Below are positions 42,641 through 54,900 of a stretch of 64,000 nucleotides of DNA, one piece after another. Below the pieces are notes generated by a model. The model was not told where the DNA came from. It saw nothing but the letters and a program-made list of their open reading frames with translations, and did not search any database. Both the position numbers and the translations under genes were made by a program. This stretch comes from an uncultured Polaribacter sp. (GTDB lineage Bacteria; Bacteroidota; Bacteroidia; Flavobacteriales; Schleiferiaceae), in assembly GCA_964397915.1 (NCBI GenBank), contig CAYNLA010000001.1, positions 7,542-71,541 on the forward strand, read 5' to 3'. Positions within the stretch are counted from its first letter, which is position 1; the number at the start of each line of letters is the position of its first letter.

Positions 42641-43167
42641 AACTCAAATCGTTTAGCCGCAGAGAATGCTTTCTTAAGACGTTCGTCGTGGGTTACGACA
42701 ATAACCGTCCCTAATGGATTGTCTATACTCCAATTTTCAATAAGCTCGATGGCTTTATCAGCCCAATCATCATCAAGCGCACTGGTCGGCTCATCAAGTA
42801 ATAATAGTTCCGAATCCACGTGCAATGCTGCTAGTAGCGAAAAACGTTGCAATTGACCAATGCTTAGTTCATGAGGAAAACGACGGACCAATTGGTCCAA
42901 TCCTAAACTTGTAAAATCCACACCCTGAGCTCCAGCAACCTTCAACTGTTCGTGCATCCTTAAATAGGGAATCCAAGTAGGGGTTTGAGACATAATGGAA
43001 GAGGAGCCTTCTACATTCGGAATAGGACCATCCGCCTTTAGTATTCCGTGTAGAACCCTCAAAAGAGTAGTCTTGCCGGTACCTGAAGCGCCGGTAACCA
43101 AAATGATTCCTGATACTAATTCCAGTTTAGGATAGTTGATGGTATGTGTACCGAAGTTTACAGTCAT
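42637..43167 (-). CDS. ABC transporter ATP-binding protein (short, 176 aa)
   Basis: Walker A GASGTGKTT, Q-loop MSQTP, variant signature LSIGQLQR, Walker B LLLLDEPTSALD, H-loop VVTHD. Confidence 0.85.
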   Translation of the reverse strand: MTVNFGTHTINYPKLELVSGIILVTGASGTGKTTLLRVLHGILKADGPIPNVEGSSSIMSQTPTWIPYLRMHEQLKVAGAQGVDFTSLGLDQLVRRFPHELSIGQLQRFSLLAALHVDSELLLLDEPTSALDDDWADKAIELIENWSIDNPLGTVIVVTHDERLKKAFSAAKRFEL

Positions 43168-43619
43168 CCGAATAAGTTATAGCAATAAACCAATGGTGCC
43201 GCGATACAATACGCCAATTTCATCACCATTCCAGTAAACAATCCAATCACTGCAAAAAATGCCGCTTTTAAGCTTTTCAATACATCACGGGTTTGTAAAA
43301 GTTCACCCAACATGGCACCCACAAAGGCTGCCAGAATGAAAAACGGAGTGATAATTCCAGCAATCAAACCGATGAGCGCTCCACGGGAAGCCGCCTTCGA
43401 ACCACCGCCAAGCTTTGTAAATATGGAAGGCATAAAATAATCGGCCACGAAAACAATAAGTCCAAGGCTCGCCCAAACAGCTAAATTCATGCCCTCTATG
43501 GGGCCTTGGTTTGTGAGTATTAAGACCAATGCACCTGCCGTGAGTAATGGACCGGGAAGCACTGGCAATACGGCTCCAGCTAGACCTGCGATGAACAATA
43601 AAACAATTGCAACTTCCAT
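43164..43619 (-). CDS. DUF456 family membrane protein
   Basis: Four hydrophobic helices. N-terminus LAGAVLPVLPGPLL is typical of DUF456. Confidence 0.65.
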   Translation of the reverse strand: MEVAIVLLFIAGLAGAVLPVLPGPLLTAGALVLILTNQGPIEGMNLAVWASLGLIVFVADYFMPSIFTKLGGGSKAASRGALIGLIAGIITPFFILAAFVGAMLGELLQTRDVLKSLKAAFFAVIGLFTGMVMKLAYCIAAPLVYCYNLFG

Positions 43620-43678
43620 GAGGTTAAATATACAATGGTAGCCGCTGCCATACCGTAATATTCCAATAGTTTTACCCT

Positions 43679-44926
43679 GTGAAATTTGTAGTTGTAGATA
43701 TTGAAACCACAGGTGGGCGACCCGATGGAAATGGAATCACAGAGATTGGTATTGCACATGTCGAGCATCGACGAATCGTGCACAAGTGGTCGAGTTTTGT
43801 CAACCCGCACAAAAGTATTCCTTACAATATCCAAATGCTTACTGGGATCAGCGACGATATGGTGGCCGATGCCCCAACGTTTGCAGAACTGATTCCCGAG
43901 TTATTAAATCAGCTAAAAGGTGACGTATTTGTTGCACACAGCGTAAACTTCGACTACAGCTTTATTGATGCTGCCTTTCGTGCGAATGGCGTCAGTTGGC
44001 GGATGCCTAAGCTTTGCACCGTAAAGTATAGCAAGGCCGTATTTCCTGAGTTTGGTAGATATTCATTATCTCACCTTGCAAGAACACTTCAGGTAGAGAA
44101 CGATAACCCACATCGTGCCCTGAGTGATGCCTTATGTGCTGCAGAAGTACTAATACACTGTATTAATGCGGATTACGATGAAAAGAAATTGAACGATCCA
44201 AAACTAGGTTTGCTCAAGCGAATTCAAATGCCCGACCATCTTCCCGCTGCTGTGTACGACGCTCTACCGAAATCTCACGGCGTTTATGAATTCCTTGATG
44301 CCTTCGGAACCCCATTGTACATTGGAAAGGCCAATAATATCAAGTCACGCATTACACAGCACTTCAGTACGCAGCAAGGAAGTACGAAGTACCAACGCCT
44401 CATGAAGGAATGTTACAATATCAAATACACATTACTTCCAAACGAAACATTGGCATTGATTTATGAAGATCATCTCATTCGTCAACATTGGCCACCACTC
44501 AACAAAGCTCAAAAGAAGCAAGCTTTAAAATTTGGACTTTACACCTTCACCAATGGGAAGGGAGAATTGAAGTGGGTCATACAAAAAGTAATAGGGAGTG
44601 GTGCGTTACAAAGGTTCGGTTCCTATCTCGCCGGACAGCAATGGATAGCTGCGTATAAAACTGAATTGCAATCTGAAGGACTAACGTTAGAGGAGGGGCT
44701 GTCGCTTTTAAAAGCAAATCAAGAACAACGGATGCTACTTCCTCTTGGAACAGGAGCACTTTTTATTGAAAACGGAAGTATCGTTGGAATTTATAGTGGA
44801 GATGACTTTCTGCATAATGAGCAATGGGTCAGGGAAAACTTCACGGCTGTGCAGCCTTCCCCGACCATCAATTCCATTGCGATGAAGATGCTCGATCAGA
44901 ATTCCGACCAAGTCATCCTTCTTTAA
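43679..44926 (+). CDS. DnaQ-like 3'-5' exonuclease fused to GIY-YIG nuclease domain (Cho/UvrC-N-like), plus uncharacterised C-terminal region
   Basis: Exo I VVVDIETTG, Exo II VAHSVNFDYSF, Exo III HRALSDA. GIY-YIG block GVYEFLD...LYIGKANNIKSRITQHF. GTG start. Confidence 0.8.
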   Translation: MKFVVVDIETTGGRPDGNGITEIGIAHVEHRRIVHKWSSFVNPHKSIPYNIQMLTGISDDMVADAPTFAELIPELLNQLKGDVFVAHSVNFDYSFIDAAFRANGVSWRMPKLCTVKYSKAVFPEFGRYSLSHLARTLQVENDNPHRALSDALCAAEVLIHCINADYDEKKLNDPKLGLLKRIQMPDHLPAAVYDALPKSHGVYEFLDAFGTPLYIGKANNIKSRITQHFSTQQGSTKYQRLMKECYNIKYTLLPNETLALIYEDHLIRQHWPPLNKAQKKQALKFGLYTFTNGKGELKWVIQKVIGSGALQRFGSYLAGQQWIAAYKTELQSEGLTLEEGLSLLKANQEQRMLLPLGTGALFIENGSIVGIYSGDDFLHNEQWVRENFTAVQPSPTINSIAMKMLDQNSDQVILL

Positions 44927-47550
44927 TCCTTTTTCTCTTCAGAGGCACTTTCAGCTTGAGCATCCACATCATCCGATGAGTCAATCGCCTTTGAATCGTT
45001 TTCACCTAGCTTTATCGAAGGCTTGGTTACTAGGAACGATAACTCCTTGTCTGAAAGGCTTATTTCAACCGCATCTCCTTCATTAATTTCCTTTCCAATA
45101 ATCTTTTCAGCTAAAGGATCTTCAACTAATTTCTGCAAGGCGCGCGCTAATGGACGTGCTCCGAATGCTTCATCGAAACCTTCATCAGCAATGAAATCCT
45201 TCGCTTCTTGTGTCATTGAGATTCCATAACCTAAGTCTTCAATGCGTGTGAAGAGCCCTTTCAACTCGATATCAATGATCTTATGAATGTCTTCGCGACT
45301 CAAGCTGTTGAATAGCACAACATCGTCTATTCTATTCAAGAATTCAGGCGCAAAGGCTTTTTTCAAAGCACTTTGAATGACACTTTTTTCAATGTCGTTC
45401 TTTCCTTGTTCACGGGCAGTGGTTCCAAAACCAACTCCAGTACCAAAGTCCTTTAGTTGCCTAGATCCCAAATTGGAAGTCATGATGATAATCGTATTCT
45501 TAAAGTCGACCTTCCTACCTAAACTATCCGTTATTTGGCCATCGTCAAGTGCTTGTAGTAATAGGTTGAAGACATCAGGGTGTGCTTTTTCAATCTCATC
45601 GAGGAGTATGACAGAGTAGGGCTTACGACGAACACGTTCCGTCAATTGACCACCTTCCTCATAACCTACATATCCTGGAGGCGCTCCTACAAGTCGGCTG
45701 ATTGCAAATTTCTCCATGTATTCGCTCATGTCAATACGAATCATGTTGTCTTCGCTATCAAAGAGGAGCTTCGTAAGTTCCTTAGCCAATTGAGTTTTAC
45801 CTACGCCCGTGGGACCTAAGAATATAAATGAACCGATGGGTTTCTTCGGATCCTTGAGTCCCGCTCGATTTCTTTGTATCGCCCGAACAATTTTCTTAAC
45901 GGCTTCATCCTGACCAATGACCGACCCTTTCAACTGGGTTTCCATTTGGCTGAGCTTGTCCATTTCCTGTTGGGCTACACGCTGCACGGGTACTCCGGTC
46001 ATCATTGCTACAACCTCCGCTACCTCAGGCTCGTCAACGATTTTCTTGTTCATTTTGATGCTGTCCTCCCAGGCTTCTTTGGCGTTGGCCAATTTTGCTT
46101 CTAGTTTCTTTTCATCATCGCGAAGTTTAGCAGCCTCTTCGTAGCGTTGAGATTTGACAACTCGAACTTTTTCTTCTTTAATATGCTGTAACTCTGCTTC
46201 CAATTCGGTAATGGTCTCAGGTACTTCAATATTGATAATATGTACTCGTGATCCTGCCTCATCTAAAGCATCAATGGCTTTATCAGGTAAGTGACGATCA
46301 CTCATGTAACGCTGAGTTAATCGTACACATGCATCTATCGCTTGAGGTGTGTAAATCACATTATGGTGATCTTCGTACTTGTCTTTGATGTTGTTGAGGA
46401 TTTGAACCGTTTCTTCAGGTGAAGTAGGATCTACAGTCACTTTTTGGAAACGACGCTCTAAAGCTCCATCCTTCTCTATATATTGGCGGTATTCATCCAG
46501 AGTTGTGGCACCTATACATTGTATTTCACCACGTGCCAAGGCCGGCTTAAACATATTTGATGCATCCAATGAACCCGTGGCGCCACCCGCACCAACGATT
46601 GTATGCAATTCATCAATGAATAATATGATATCGTCGTTTTTCTCAAGTTCGTTCATGAGCGCCTTCATGCGTTCCTCAAATTGACCACGATATTTGGTTC
46701 CTGCCACTAAACTCGCTAAATCTAAAGAGATAACTCTTTTATTGAACAAGACCCTGCTAACCTCCTTATTTACAATTCTTAAGGCTAATCCTTCGGCGAT
46801 GGCGCTTTTTCCAACACCTGGTTCACCGATGAGTAGCGGATTGTTCTTTTTTCTGCGGCTTAGAATCTGACTTACACGCTCTATTTCCTTTGTGCGACCT
46901 ACAACAGGGTCAAGTCGCCCCATATCAGCCGCTCTCGTTAGATCCTTTCCAAAATTATCTAGGACTGGGGTTTTAGATTTTTCTTTCCGACCACCTGCAG
47001 GGGAGTTTCTCCTGCTACTTGAAGGCGTGCTGCCTTCATCCATTTCACCTTCATCATAGCTCATGGATGGACTACTCAAATCATCTTTTGGCTCATCAGC
47101 AGTATCCGTTTCGATATAATTGCTTTGGTATTCACTTTTAACAGCATCGTAAGAGGCTCCAAACTGGGACATTACACCACTGATTGGGTCGTTATCATTG
47201 CGAAGAATACACAAGAGTAGGTGTGGAGTCCTGATAATTGGACTCTGAAAAAGCTTTGCTTCAAGAAATGTTGTTTTCAGCGCTTTTTCCGCTTGCCGTG
47301 TTAAAGGCAAGTTTTTACCGTTAGCCGCTTGATGCGTAGCATAGGGCGTAGAAATGCTCTCAATCTTCGTGCGAAGTTGTTTTAAATCCAATCCTAGATC
47401 TTTCAAAATCTGAATTGCTGTGCCTTCACCTTCACGAATGATGCCGAGCAATAAGTGCTCTGTACCAATATAATCGTGCCCTAAACGAAGGGCTTCTTCT
47501 TTGCTGTAAGTGATGACGTCTCGAACTCTGGGGCTAAAATTCTCTTCCAT
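44923..47550 (-). CDS. clpC: ATP-dependent Clp protease ATP-binding subunit ClpC
   Basis: Clp-N repeats and two AAA+ modules ([15 protein letters not shown]; [20 protein letters not shown]). ATG at 47550 (MEENFSPRV) preferred over 47598. Confidence 0.93.
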   Translation of the reverse strand: MEENFSPRVRDVITYSKEEALRLGHDYIGTEHLLLGIIREGEGTAIQILKDLGLDLKQLRTKIESISTPYATHQAANGKNLPLTRQAEKALKTTFLEAKLFQSPIIRTPHLLLCILRNDNDPISGVMSQFGASYDAVKSEYQSNYIETDTADEPKDDLSSPSMSYDEGEMDEGSTPSSSRRNSPAGGRKEKSKTPVLDNFGKDLTRAADMGRLDPVVGRTKEIERVSQILSRRKKNNPLLIGEPGVGKSAIAEGLALRIVNKEVSRVLFNKRVISLDLASLVAGTKYRGQFEERMKALMNELEKNDDIILFIDELHTIVGAGGATGSLDASNMFKPALARGEIQCIGATTLDEYRQYIEKDGALERRFQKVTVDPTSPEETVQILNNIKDKYEDHHNVIYTPQAIDACVRLTQRYMSDRHLPDKAIDALDEAGSRVHIINIEVPETITELEAELQHIKEEKVRVVKSQRYEEAAKLRDDEKKLEAKLANAKEAWEDSIKMNKKIVDEPEVAEVVAMMTGVPVQRVAQQEMDKLSQMETQLKGSVIGQDEAVKKIVRAIQRNRAGLKDPKKPIGSFIFLGPTGVGKTQLAKELTKLLFDSEDNMIRIDMSEYMEKFAISRLVGAPPGYVGYEEGGQLTERVRRKPYSVILLDEIEKAHPDVFNLLLQALDDGQITDSLGRKVDFKNTIIIMTSNLGSRQLKDFGTGVGFGTTAREQGKNDIEKSVIQSALKKAFAPEFLNRIDDVVLFNSLSREDIHKIIDIELKGLFTRIEDLGYGISMTQEAKDFIADEGFDEAFGARPLARALQKLVEDPLAEKIIGKEINEGDAVEISLSDKELSFLVTKPSIKLGENDSKAIDSSDDVDAQAESASEEKKD

Positions 47551-47730
47551 ATTGCAACGGTTATTTGACCTAATGTGGTAATGCACATAGCGTGCCAACC
47601 CTATATCTCAAATCTAATGGCATAATTGCTCGGTTTGACGGGCACACAAGAGATGTTTTGTTAACATACACATGTGGATAAAAGGCGCAAGTTCAAAGCG
47701 CATTCTACGCACTATAGAGGGCTGAAAGGC

Positions 47731-47738
47731 TATATTTG
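47731..47738 (+). promoter_or_regulatory. Bacteroidota -7 promoter box (TAnnTTTG) for gyrA
   Basis: Exact TATATTTG, 46 nt upstream of the gyrA ATG at 47785. Confidence 0.4.
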
Positions 47739-47784
47739 AAAATTACGAAAAAACGCGGCGCTCGCCGCTCTAAATACTGACAAT

Positions 47785-50343
47785 ATGGCGCAGGGAGAAA
47801 AAATTATCCCAATCAATATTGAGGAGCAGATGAAGAGTTCCTACATCGATTATTCGATGTCGGTTATTGTTTCTCGTGCTTTACCGGATGTTCGCGACGG
47901 ATTAAAACCCGTACACAGAAGAGTACTTTACGGCATGCATGACATGGGTGTAACCAGTACAAAGGCCTACAAAAAGTCCGCAAGGGTAGTAGGGGATGTA
48001 TTGGGTAAATACCACCCGCATGGCGATAGCTCAGTGTATGATACCATGGTGCGTATGGCACAGGATTGGTCACTGCGATACATGCTCGTTGATGGCCAAG
48101 GTAACTTTGGTAGTGTCGATGGAGATAGTCCGGCTGCGATGCGATACACTGAGGTGCGTATGCGCAAGATCGCAGAGGATATGCTCTCCGATATTGATAA
48201 GGACACTGTTGATTGGCAACTCAACTTTGATGACTCATTAAAGGAACCAACTGTACTACCTACCAGAATTCCAGGATTGCTCGTTAATGGCGCCTCTGGT
48301 ATTGCCGTAGGTATGGCGACCAATATGCCACCGCATAACTTAACCGAAAGTATCAATGCAATCAATGCGTACATCGATGATAGCGAGATTGATATTGACG
48401 GATTAATGCAACACATCAGTGCCCCTGATTTCCCAACTGGCGGAACAATCTATGGATACGAAGGTGTTCGCGATGCATTCCACACCGGTCGAGGTAGAAT
48501 TGTCTTAAGAGGAAAAGCAATTATCGAAGAGGTTAAAGGCCGTGAATGTATTATCGTTACAGAGATACCTTACCAGGTGAATAAGGCGGATATGATCAAA
48601 AAAACCGCTGAACTCGTTAATGATAAAAAGATAGAAGGCATCTCAGACATTAGAGATGAAAGTGATCGCAAGGGAATGCGTATCGTTTACGTCTTGAAAC
48701 GTGATGCCGTTCCAAACGTAGTCCTAAACAAACTTTATAAATACACACAGTTACAGAGCTCATTCTCTGTGAACAATATTGCCTTGGTGAATGGACGTCC
48801 TGAGATGCTGAATCTTAAGGATATGATTCATCACTTCGTAGAACACAGACATGAAGTCGTAGTTCGTCGAACGGAATACGAGTTACGCCAAGCAGAAAAG
48901 CGCGCACATGTCCTTGAAGGATTGTTGATTGCAATTGACAATTTAGACGCGGTAATCAAGCTCATTCGTGCCTCTGCTACTCCAGATGAAGCGAAAAACG
49001 GTTTGATGACCGAGTTTAAACTGAGTGAAATCCAAGCGAAGGCCATCTTGGACATGCGTCTTCAAAAACTCACTGGTCTAGAGCGCGATAAGATCAAGGC
49101 TGAGTACGAAGAACTCATGAAGACTATCGATTATTTAAAATCTGTATTAGCAGATAAGGGTCTTCGTATGTCTATCATCAAAGAAGAACTTGAAGAGGTT
49201 AAAGTGAAGTTTGGTGATGAGCGCAGAACGGATATAGAATTTGCCGGTGGCGATGTAAGCATTGAAGATATGATTCCTGATTCTGAAGTGGTTATCACCA
49301 TTTCTCACGCGGGCTACATCAAGCGTACAGCACTTTCAGAATACAAAAAACAGAACAGAGGTGGAGTAGGAGCCAAAGCTGCGAGTACTAGGGATCAAGA
49401 CTTCATTGAACATGTTTTTGTAGCTACCAACCACCAGTACATGTTGCTCTTCACTGAGCAGGGACGCTGTTTCTGGATGCGAGTGTATGAAATTCCGGAA
49501 GGTACACGTCAAAGTAAAGGACGTGCAATCCAAAACCTAATCAACCTCCCTCAAGACGACAAGGTTTTGGCCTTTATTAATGTTCTAAATCTAAAAGACG
49601 AGGACTACATTAATAATCATTTCATCGTAATGTGTACCAAGCAGGGAATTATCAAAAAGACCAGCTTAGAGGCATATTCTCGTCCACGTGTAAATGGTAT
49701 CAATGCCATAACTATAAGGGAAGGGGATACCTTATTGGAAGCCAAACTTACGAATGGTGAGCAGGATATTATGCTCGCGGTGAAGAGCGGTAAAGCAATC
49801 CGATTCCCAGAAAGCAAGGTCCGCGGAATGGGGAGAAATGCCTCAGGTGTCCGTGCCATTTCTGTAGATTCAGAAAACGACGAAGTGGTAGGAATGATTG
49901 TGGTCAAAGAAGGAGACGGATTTGACGTTATGGTTGTAAGTGAACAGGGATACGGAAAGCGTTCATCACTTGAAGATTACAGAATCACGAACCGAGGCGG
50001 TAAAGGGGTTAAAACCATTACCGTGACAGATAAAACTGGAGAGTTGGTAAGCTTGAAGGCTGTGACTGATGAAGACGACTTGATGATCATCACGAAAAAA
50101 GGCACCATGATTCGAATGGGTGTTGATACCTTAAGGGTAATGGGACGCGCCACACAAGGTGTTCGATTAATCACATTGCGTAAAGGTGATGAGATTGCAT
50201 CAATCGCCAAGGTACCTGCGTCTGAAGAGGAAGAAGAAATCGTCGATGTAGATGGAGTAGAGGTTATAGATGGAATTGACCCAACTACAGAAGCTACAGA
50301 TGCATCGTCTGAAGAATCGAATGAAACAACTTCTGAGGAATAG
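47785..50343 (+). CDS. gyrA: DNA gyrase subunit A
   Basis: [28 protein letters not shown], active-site region AAMRYTE, beta-pinwheel CTD, acidic tail; 852 aa. Confidence 0.97.
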   Translation: MAQGEKIIPINIEEQMKSSYIDYSMSVIVSRALPDVRDGLKPVHRRVLYGMHDMGVTSTKAYKKSARVVGDVLGKYHPHGDSSVYDTMVRMAQDWSLRYMLVDGQGNFGSVDGDSPAAMRYTEVRMRKIAEDMLSDIDKDTVDWQLNFDDSLKEPTVLPTRIPGLLVNGASGIAVGMATNMPPHNLTESINAINAYIDDSEIDIDGLMQHISAPDFPTGGTIYGYEGVRDAFHTGRGRIVLRGKAIIEEVKGRECIIVTEIPYQVNKADMIKKTAELVNDKKIEGISDIRDESDRKGMRIVYVLKRDAVPNVVLNKLYKYTQLQSSFSVNNIALVNGRPEMLNLKDMIHHFVEHRHEVVVRRTEYELRQAEKRAHVLEGLLIAIDNLDAVIKLIRASATPDEAKNGLMTEFKLSEIQAKAILDMRLQKLTGLERDKIKAEYEELMKTIDYLKSVLADKGLRMSIIKEELEEVKVKFGDERRTDIEFAGGDVSIEDMIPDSEVVITISHAGYIKRTALSEYKKQNRGGVGAKAASTRDQDFIEHVFVATNHQYMLLFTEQGRCFWMRVYEIPEGTRQSKGRAIQNLINLPQDDKVLAFINVLNLKDEDYINNHFIVMCTKQGIIKKTSLEAYSRPRVNGINAITIREGDTLLEAKLTNGEQDIMLAVKSGKAIRFPESKVRGMGRNASGVRAISVDSENDEVVGMIVVKEGDGFDVMVVSEQGYGKRSSLEDYRITNRGGKGVKTITVTDKTGELVSLKAVTDEDDLMIITKKGTMIRMGVDTLRVMGRATQGVRLITLRKGDEIASIAKVPASEEEEEIVDVDGVEVIDGIDPTTEATDASSEESNETTSEE

Positions 50344-50379
50344 TAAACTTGGCGCAATGTTTGTTTTACCAATGAAAAC

Positions 50380-50387
50380 TACATTTG
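50380..50387 (+). promoter_or_regulatory. Bacteroidota -7 promoter box (TAnnTTTG) with upstream TTTG
   Basis: Exact TACATTTG. A TTTG lies at 50360-50363, 16 nt upstream. The ATG of the TPR gene is at 50418. Confidence 0.45.
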
Positions 50388-50417
50388 TAGGCACTTAAAA
50401 ACGAAGAGATTAGAATT

Positions 50418-51737
50418 ATGAAAAAGCTACTAGTCGCAGTATTAACCGCTGCAACTTTTATGGCAACAGCTCAGGAAGCCCCAAAGGTTACCAGTGCAAT
50501 TATTGCTCTTAGAGGCAATGAACTTGTTGAAGCTAAAGGGTTTATCGATGAAGCAACCGCAATTATCGACGGTAAGAATCAGGCTGAAATCAAAGAGAAA
50601 ATCATGTCAAAGTACCACTTTAACAAGGCGTTGATTTACTCTAAGATTGCTTCTTCACCAGATGCGGAAATCAAGGCTTTGGCTGCAGATGCAAATGAGG
50701 TTGCTGCACAAAGCTTGTTAGACTTGATTCTTTTTGAAAAGAATGCAAAAAAGCAACTGTATACGGCTGATGCACAGCGTGAATCACAAACGATCGCTTA
50801 CAATTACTTGGTAGAAGCTGGTTCTGCCTATGAAGCAGGTGATTACGAAAAAGCGTATCAAGGATATATGAGCGCATTTGAATTAAAGAAGAATGAACTT
50901 CTTGGTGAATTTGCGTATCTCGATACAAGCTTATTATTCAACGCAGGTATTATAGCGGGTTCCGCTGGTGATCTAGAATCAAGCAGTGCTGCCTTTGCAG
51001 AATGCTTAGGACTTGGTTACAAGGGAATCACGTTCACTGCAACTGATATTTTAGGAAATCCTAAGCAATACCCAAACAAAGCAGCCCTAGATAAAGCGGT
51101 TGCAGGTGGTTTAGCTACTGATCCAGTTATTGGTGAGGATGTACGTCCAAGTATTTACATCAGTTTGATCAACAATGCTAAGAAATTGGAAAAGGTTGAC
51201 GATTACAATAAATGGTTGACGGAAGCCCGTGTAGCATATCCGGAAAATAAGGATTTGCTTGATATCCAATTACAGTCTTTCCTTGATGTAAAGGATTACG
51301 ATGGCGCAATGAAGAACTTAGATGAAGCCATTGCGAAGAATCCAGATAAAGGCATTTATCATTTTGTAAAAGGAAATATCCTTCAAACAGAAATGAAAGA
51401 TCTTGATGCGGCGTTGGTCGAATACAAAGCAGCATTGGAGAAAGATCCGGAAATGAGTGATGCAATGTACATGTGTGGTCTAGTATATATCGATCGTGCA
51501 AATAAAATCACTGAGGAGATGAATAACCTGGGCTTGAATGAGACCCGTAAGTACAATGCGCTCAAAGACAAGCAAAAAGAAGTTTTCGGCGAATCACTTG
51601 AGTATTTTGAAAAGTCTTACGAAATGAAGCCTGATGATATGGATATCGTTCGTGCACTTATGGAGGTTTACCGCAAGGTTGGCGATTACCAGAAGTCTAT
51701 GGACATGAAAACCATTCTAGACGAAGCAGGAGAATAA
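50418..51737 (+). CDS. tetratricopeptide repeat protein (secreted)
   Basis: Signal peptide MKKLLVAVLTAATFMATAQ and multiple TPR-like units (GDYEKAYQGYMSAFEL, KDYDGAMKNLDEAIAKNPD, AALVEYKAALEKDPE). Confidence 0.7.
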   Translation: MKKLLVAVLTAATFMATAQEAPKVTSAIIALRGNELVEAKGFIDEATAIIDGKNQAEIKEKIMSKYHFNKALIYSKIASSPDAEIKALAADANEVAAQSLLDLILFEKNAKKQLYTADAQRESQTIAYNYLVEAGSAYEAGDYEKAYQGYMSAFELKKNELLGEFAYLDTSLLFNAGIIAGSAGDLESSSAAFAECLGLGYKGITFTATDILGNPKQYPNKAALDKAVAGGLATDPVIGEDVRPSIYISLINNAKKLEKVDDYNKWLTEARVAYPENKDLLDIQLQSFLDVKDYDGAMKNLDEAIAKNPDKGIYHFVKGNILQTEMKDLDAALVEYKAALEKDPEMSDAMYMCGLVYIDRANKITEEMNNLGLNETRKYNALKDKQKEVFGESLEYFEKSYEMKPDDMDIVRALMEVYRKVGDYQKSMDMKTILDEAGE

Positions 51738-51753
51738 ACACATTCTACGATAG

Positions 51754-51786
51754 AAAGCCCGGTTTCAGTGATTCCGGGCTTTTTTG
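51754..51786 (+). terminator. rho-independent terminator after the TPR gene
   Basis: AAAGCCCGG(51754-51762)/CCGGGCTTT(51774-51782), followed by a T-run. Confidence 0.8.
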
Positions 51787-51901
51787 GATCTTTATTCTTT
51801 TTGGCTATAATATATATTATGTTAAATAGTATTTTTATAGAACTACTCCTCTGCGTGAGTATGATAGATAATTCGATTTCATATCCCGGCCCGATCTCAA
51901 A

Positions 51902-54900
51902 TTAGGCCGATTCCGCAGATTTACGTCCACGCTTCATCGTAGTACTGGTTTTACTGTAGTTATCCTTTTCGCGAGCCATGGTATCCTCATATCGTGGATC
52001 TGGAACCATGGCGACTTTGTAGAGCGCCGAAGCTTCGATACTGAAGAAGCCAAATTCTTCCACAACGCGACCCTGTACACGATAAATACCTTTGCCACGA
52101 AACGGAAATTGTGCAGCGATGTTTGGGAAATGCACGCTGTCCAAGAATTCACCCTCTTGATCAACGAACGTGGCAAAATTCATTCGATCGCCTTTTATTG
52201 TTTTTGTGTCTTTCACCGTCACTAAATACCCGTACGAAATAACGAAGTGCCCCAGTTTATCAGGTAATTCCCTGGCCATAGTACCGTTCTCCAAAGGTTC
52301 ATCGGCCAATTCAAACGGGTCACACAGTGGAAATCCTAGGAGCTCAATTTGATCGAAGGCTTCTTCGAGACTACTTTGTTGAAGTATTGGAATCTTATAA
52401 TCGTGCGGTTGTTGATTGCCCTTAAATAAACTAGGTGGTGCTGCTATAACTTCTTTCGTATTACGGCCTCGAAGCATGTGATGGGCTTCCCAAAGTAAGG
52501 TTTGTTTTGACTTTCCAGTAAAGCGTAGGGCACCGATACGTATTAGTAATGAAATCTGCTCTATCCCAACAGGAACGCGGTCTATGAAATCTGCTAAATC
52601 CATAAAGGGTCCTCCCTCCTCGCGTTCACGCCCTATGTATACACCTATTTTTTCATCTAAACTTCGCAACAATACAAAGCCCAGGTAAATAGTGTTCCCT
52701 TGAATCACTGTAGGATAATCACCATACTGTACACAGGGTGCTTCGATCTGACCTCCATTGCGGCGAGCTTCGTGAACATAGAACTCTGTTCTGTAGAACC
52801 CGCCGAAATTATTTATCACCGCAACCATGTATTCCAAGGGATAATGTGCCTTCAAATAGAGGCTTTGATAGCTTTCTACGGCATACGATGCACTATGACC
52901 TTTAGCAAAAGCATAGCCTGCAAAACTTTCTATTTGACGCCAAATCTCACGACTCAGTTCTTCACTATATCCTCGCTCCCTACAGTTTTTAAAATATTGA
53001 TTTTCAACATTTTGAAACTCTCTTCTTGAACGAAATTTCCCTGACATTCCTCGACGCAATACATCGGCTTCTCCCAGCGAAAGCCCTGCGAAATAATGGG
53101 CGACTTTGATGACATCTTCTTGGTAGACCATCACTCCAAAGGTGTCCGGCATAATCTCAAGCATCACAGGGTGTGCATCCTTTCTACGCTCTGGATCAGT
53201 AAACCGCAGTATATACTCACGCATCATCCCACTATTACTTACTCCTGGGCGAATAATGGAACTGGCCGCGACCAGTCCTAAATAGGTATCGACCTTGAGT
53301 TTTTTAAGTAGCATTCTCATCGCCGGCGATTCCACATAGAAACATCCCATGGCCAAGCCATTTCGCAGTAAGTTTTTAATGGCCTCATCTTCTTTAAACC
53401 GCCGTAAGTCACGTATATCTATAAATGGACGATCCGGCTTGTTCTTTGCCACGATGGCTAGGGTGTCCTGAATTTTAGAAAGACCTCGCTGGCTCAGGAT
53501 ATCAAATTTATGCAGGCCAATATCTTCAGCGATGATCATATCAAACTGCACAGTTGGAAATCCTTTGGGAGGCATAAAAGTCGCGCTGTGGTAGTGCAAG
53601 CTTTGCTGTGCGATTAGTATTCCTCCTGCATGAATACTAAGGTGGCTTGGAAACCCTTGTATGTAAGTGCTATAACGAAGTACGAGATGGGATAATTGAT
53701 CGAGCGAGCCCGATGAGAAATTCCCTTTACTTAGTTTGTCTATCTCGTGCTTGGGTAAACCGAACACCTTCCCTAGTTCTCGAACCACCGATTTGTACTG
53801 AAATGTGTTGTAAGTAGCTAACAGTGAGGTATGTGGGAACCTTTTGAAGATGTACTGGGTGATATCCTCGCGATCGCGCCATGAAAAATCAAGGTCAAAA
53901 TCTGGTGGTGAGGTTCGATGCAGGTTGATAAATCGCTCGAAGTACAGGTCCAGTGCGATTGGATCAACATCCGTGATTTTAAGAAGGTAGGCGACAATGC
54001 TGTTGGCCCCGCTCCCCCGCCCCACGTAGAAATAACCACGTTTTTGAGCGTAATTCACAATATCCCAATTGATTAAGAAGTAGGACACAAAGTTCTTTTG
54101 GGCGATGAGGTCCAGTTCTTTCTCAATGCGTTCCTTGACCTTGAAGTCTGACTGTGGATAGCGGTACGGTAAGCCGTCGTAGCAAAGCTTTCTTAGAAGT
54201 TTCAGGTCCTTTTCGCGTGAACCTGAATAGGTCTGAAGATTTAGCGCGGCGTCCTCCGGTAAGGTCATTTTACAGTCCTGAAGGATTTGAGCTGCATTTC
54301 TAAGGAGTTCAGGTGCGGATGCATAGGCCTCACGAAGGGCATGATCTTCTAAATACAGGTCGTCGATGCTGCCTTGGGCTTCTTTTGATAGTTTGCTGAG
54401 CAGGGTATTTTCATCAATGGCTCGGAGCAAGCGATGCGCGTTGTGGTCCCGTTTTCCTCTGAAAGAAGCAGTTGGGAACGCGACGAGTTTGTGCTTCGCA
54501 TCTTTCCACTTTCGAAACGGTAAGGACGGAACTTCGGAGGGTGTAATGCCTATACATTCATTGTTCGCAAGATCCTTTAAGTCAATATCTGAGGAGGTTG
54601 GATAAATGATCCAAGTATTGGCAAGGGTCTTTCTATCAGGGCGCTGTGGAAATTTTACGCTGTGATGTAAATGCCAACTTAGATGGTCGTTGATTTCCCG
54701 CATCCCTTCCCAATTTCTCGCCAGCATTACATAGCATTGGCGAGTACCATTACGAAAATCAACACCTACCACAGGGCGTTTATTGGGATGATTACGCATG
54801 AGGTGCAAGACCGTCATGCACGCCGAAGTGTTGTTAATGTCTGTCAATGCCATCACAGGCCAGGGCTGGTCTTCAAAGAATTTTATCCATTCTTTAGGCG

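Noticed and set aside
47673-47681. Perfect DnaA box TGTGGATAA in the clpC-gyrA divergent intergenic region, which might indicate oriC.
   Set aside because: It is a single isolated box. A given 9-mer on either strand is expected about 0.5 times by chance in 64 kb, and I saw no cluster of boxes or adjacent AT-rich unwinding element.
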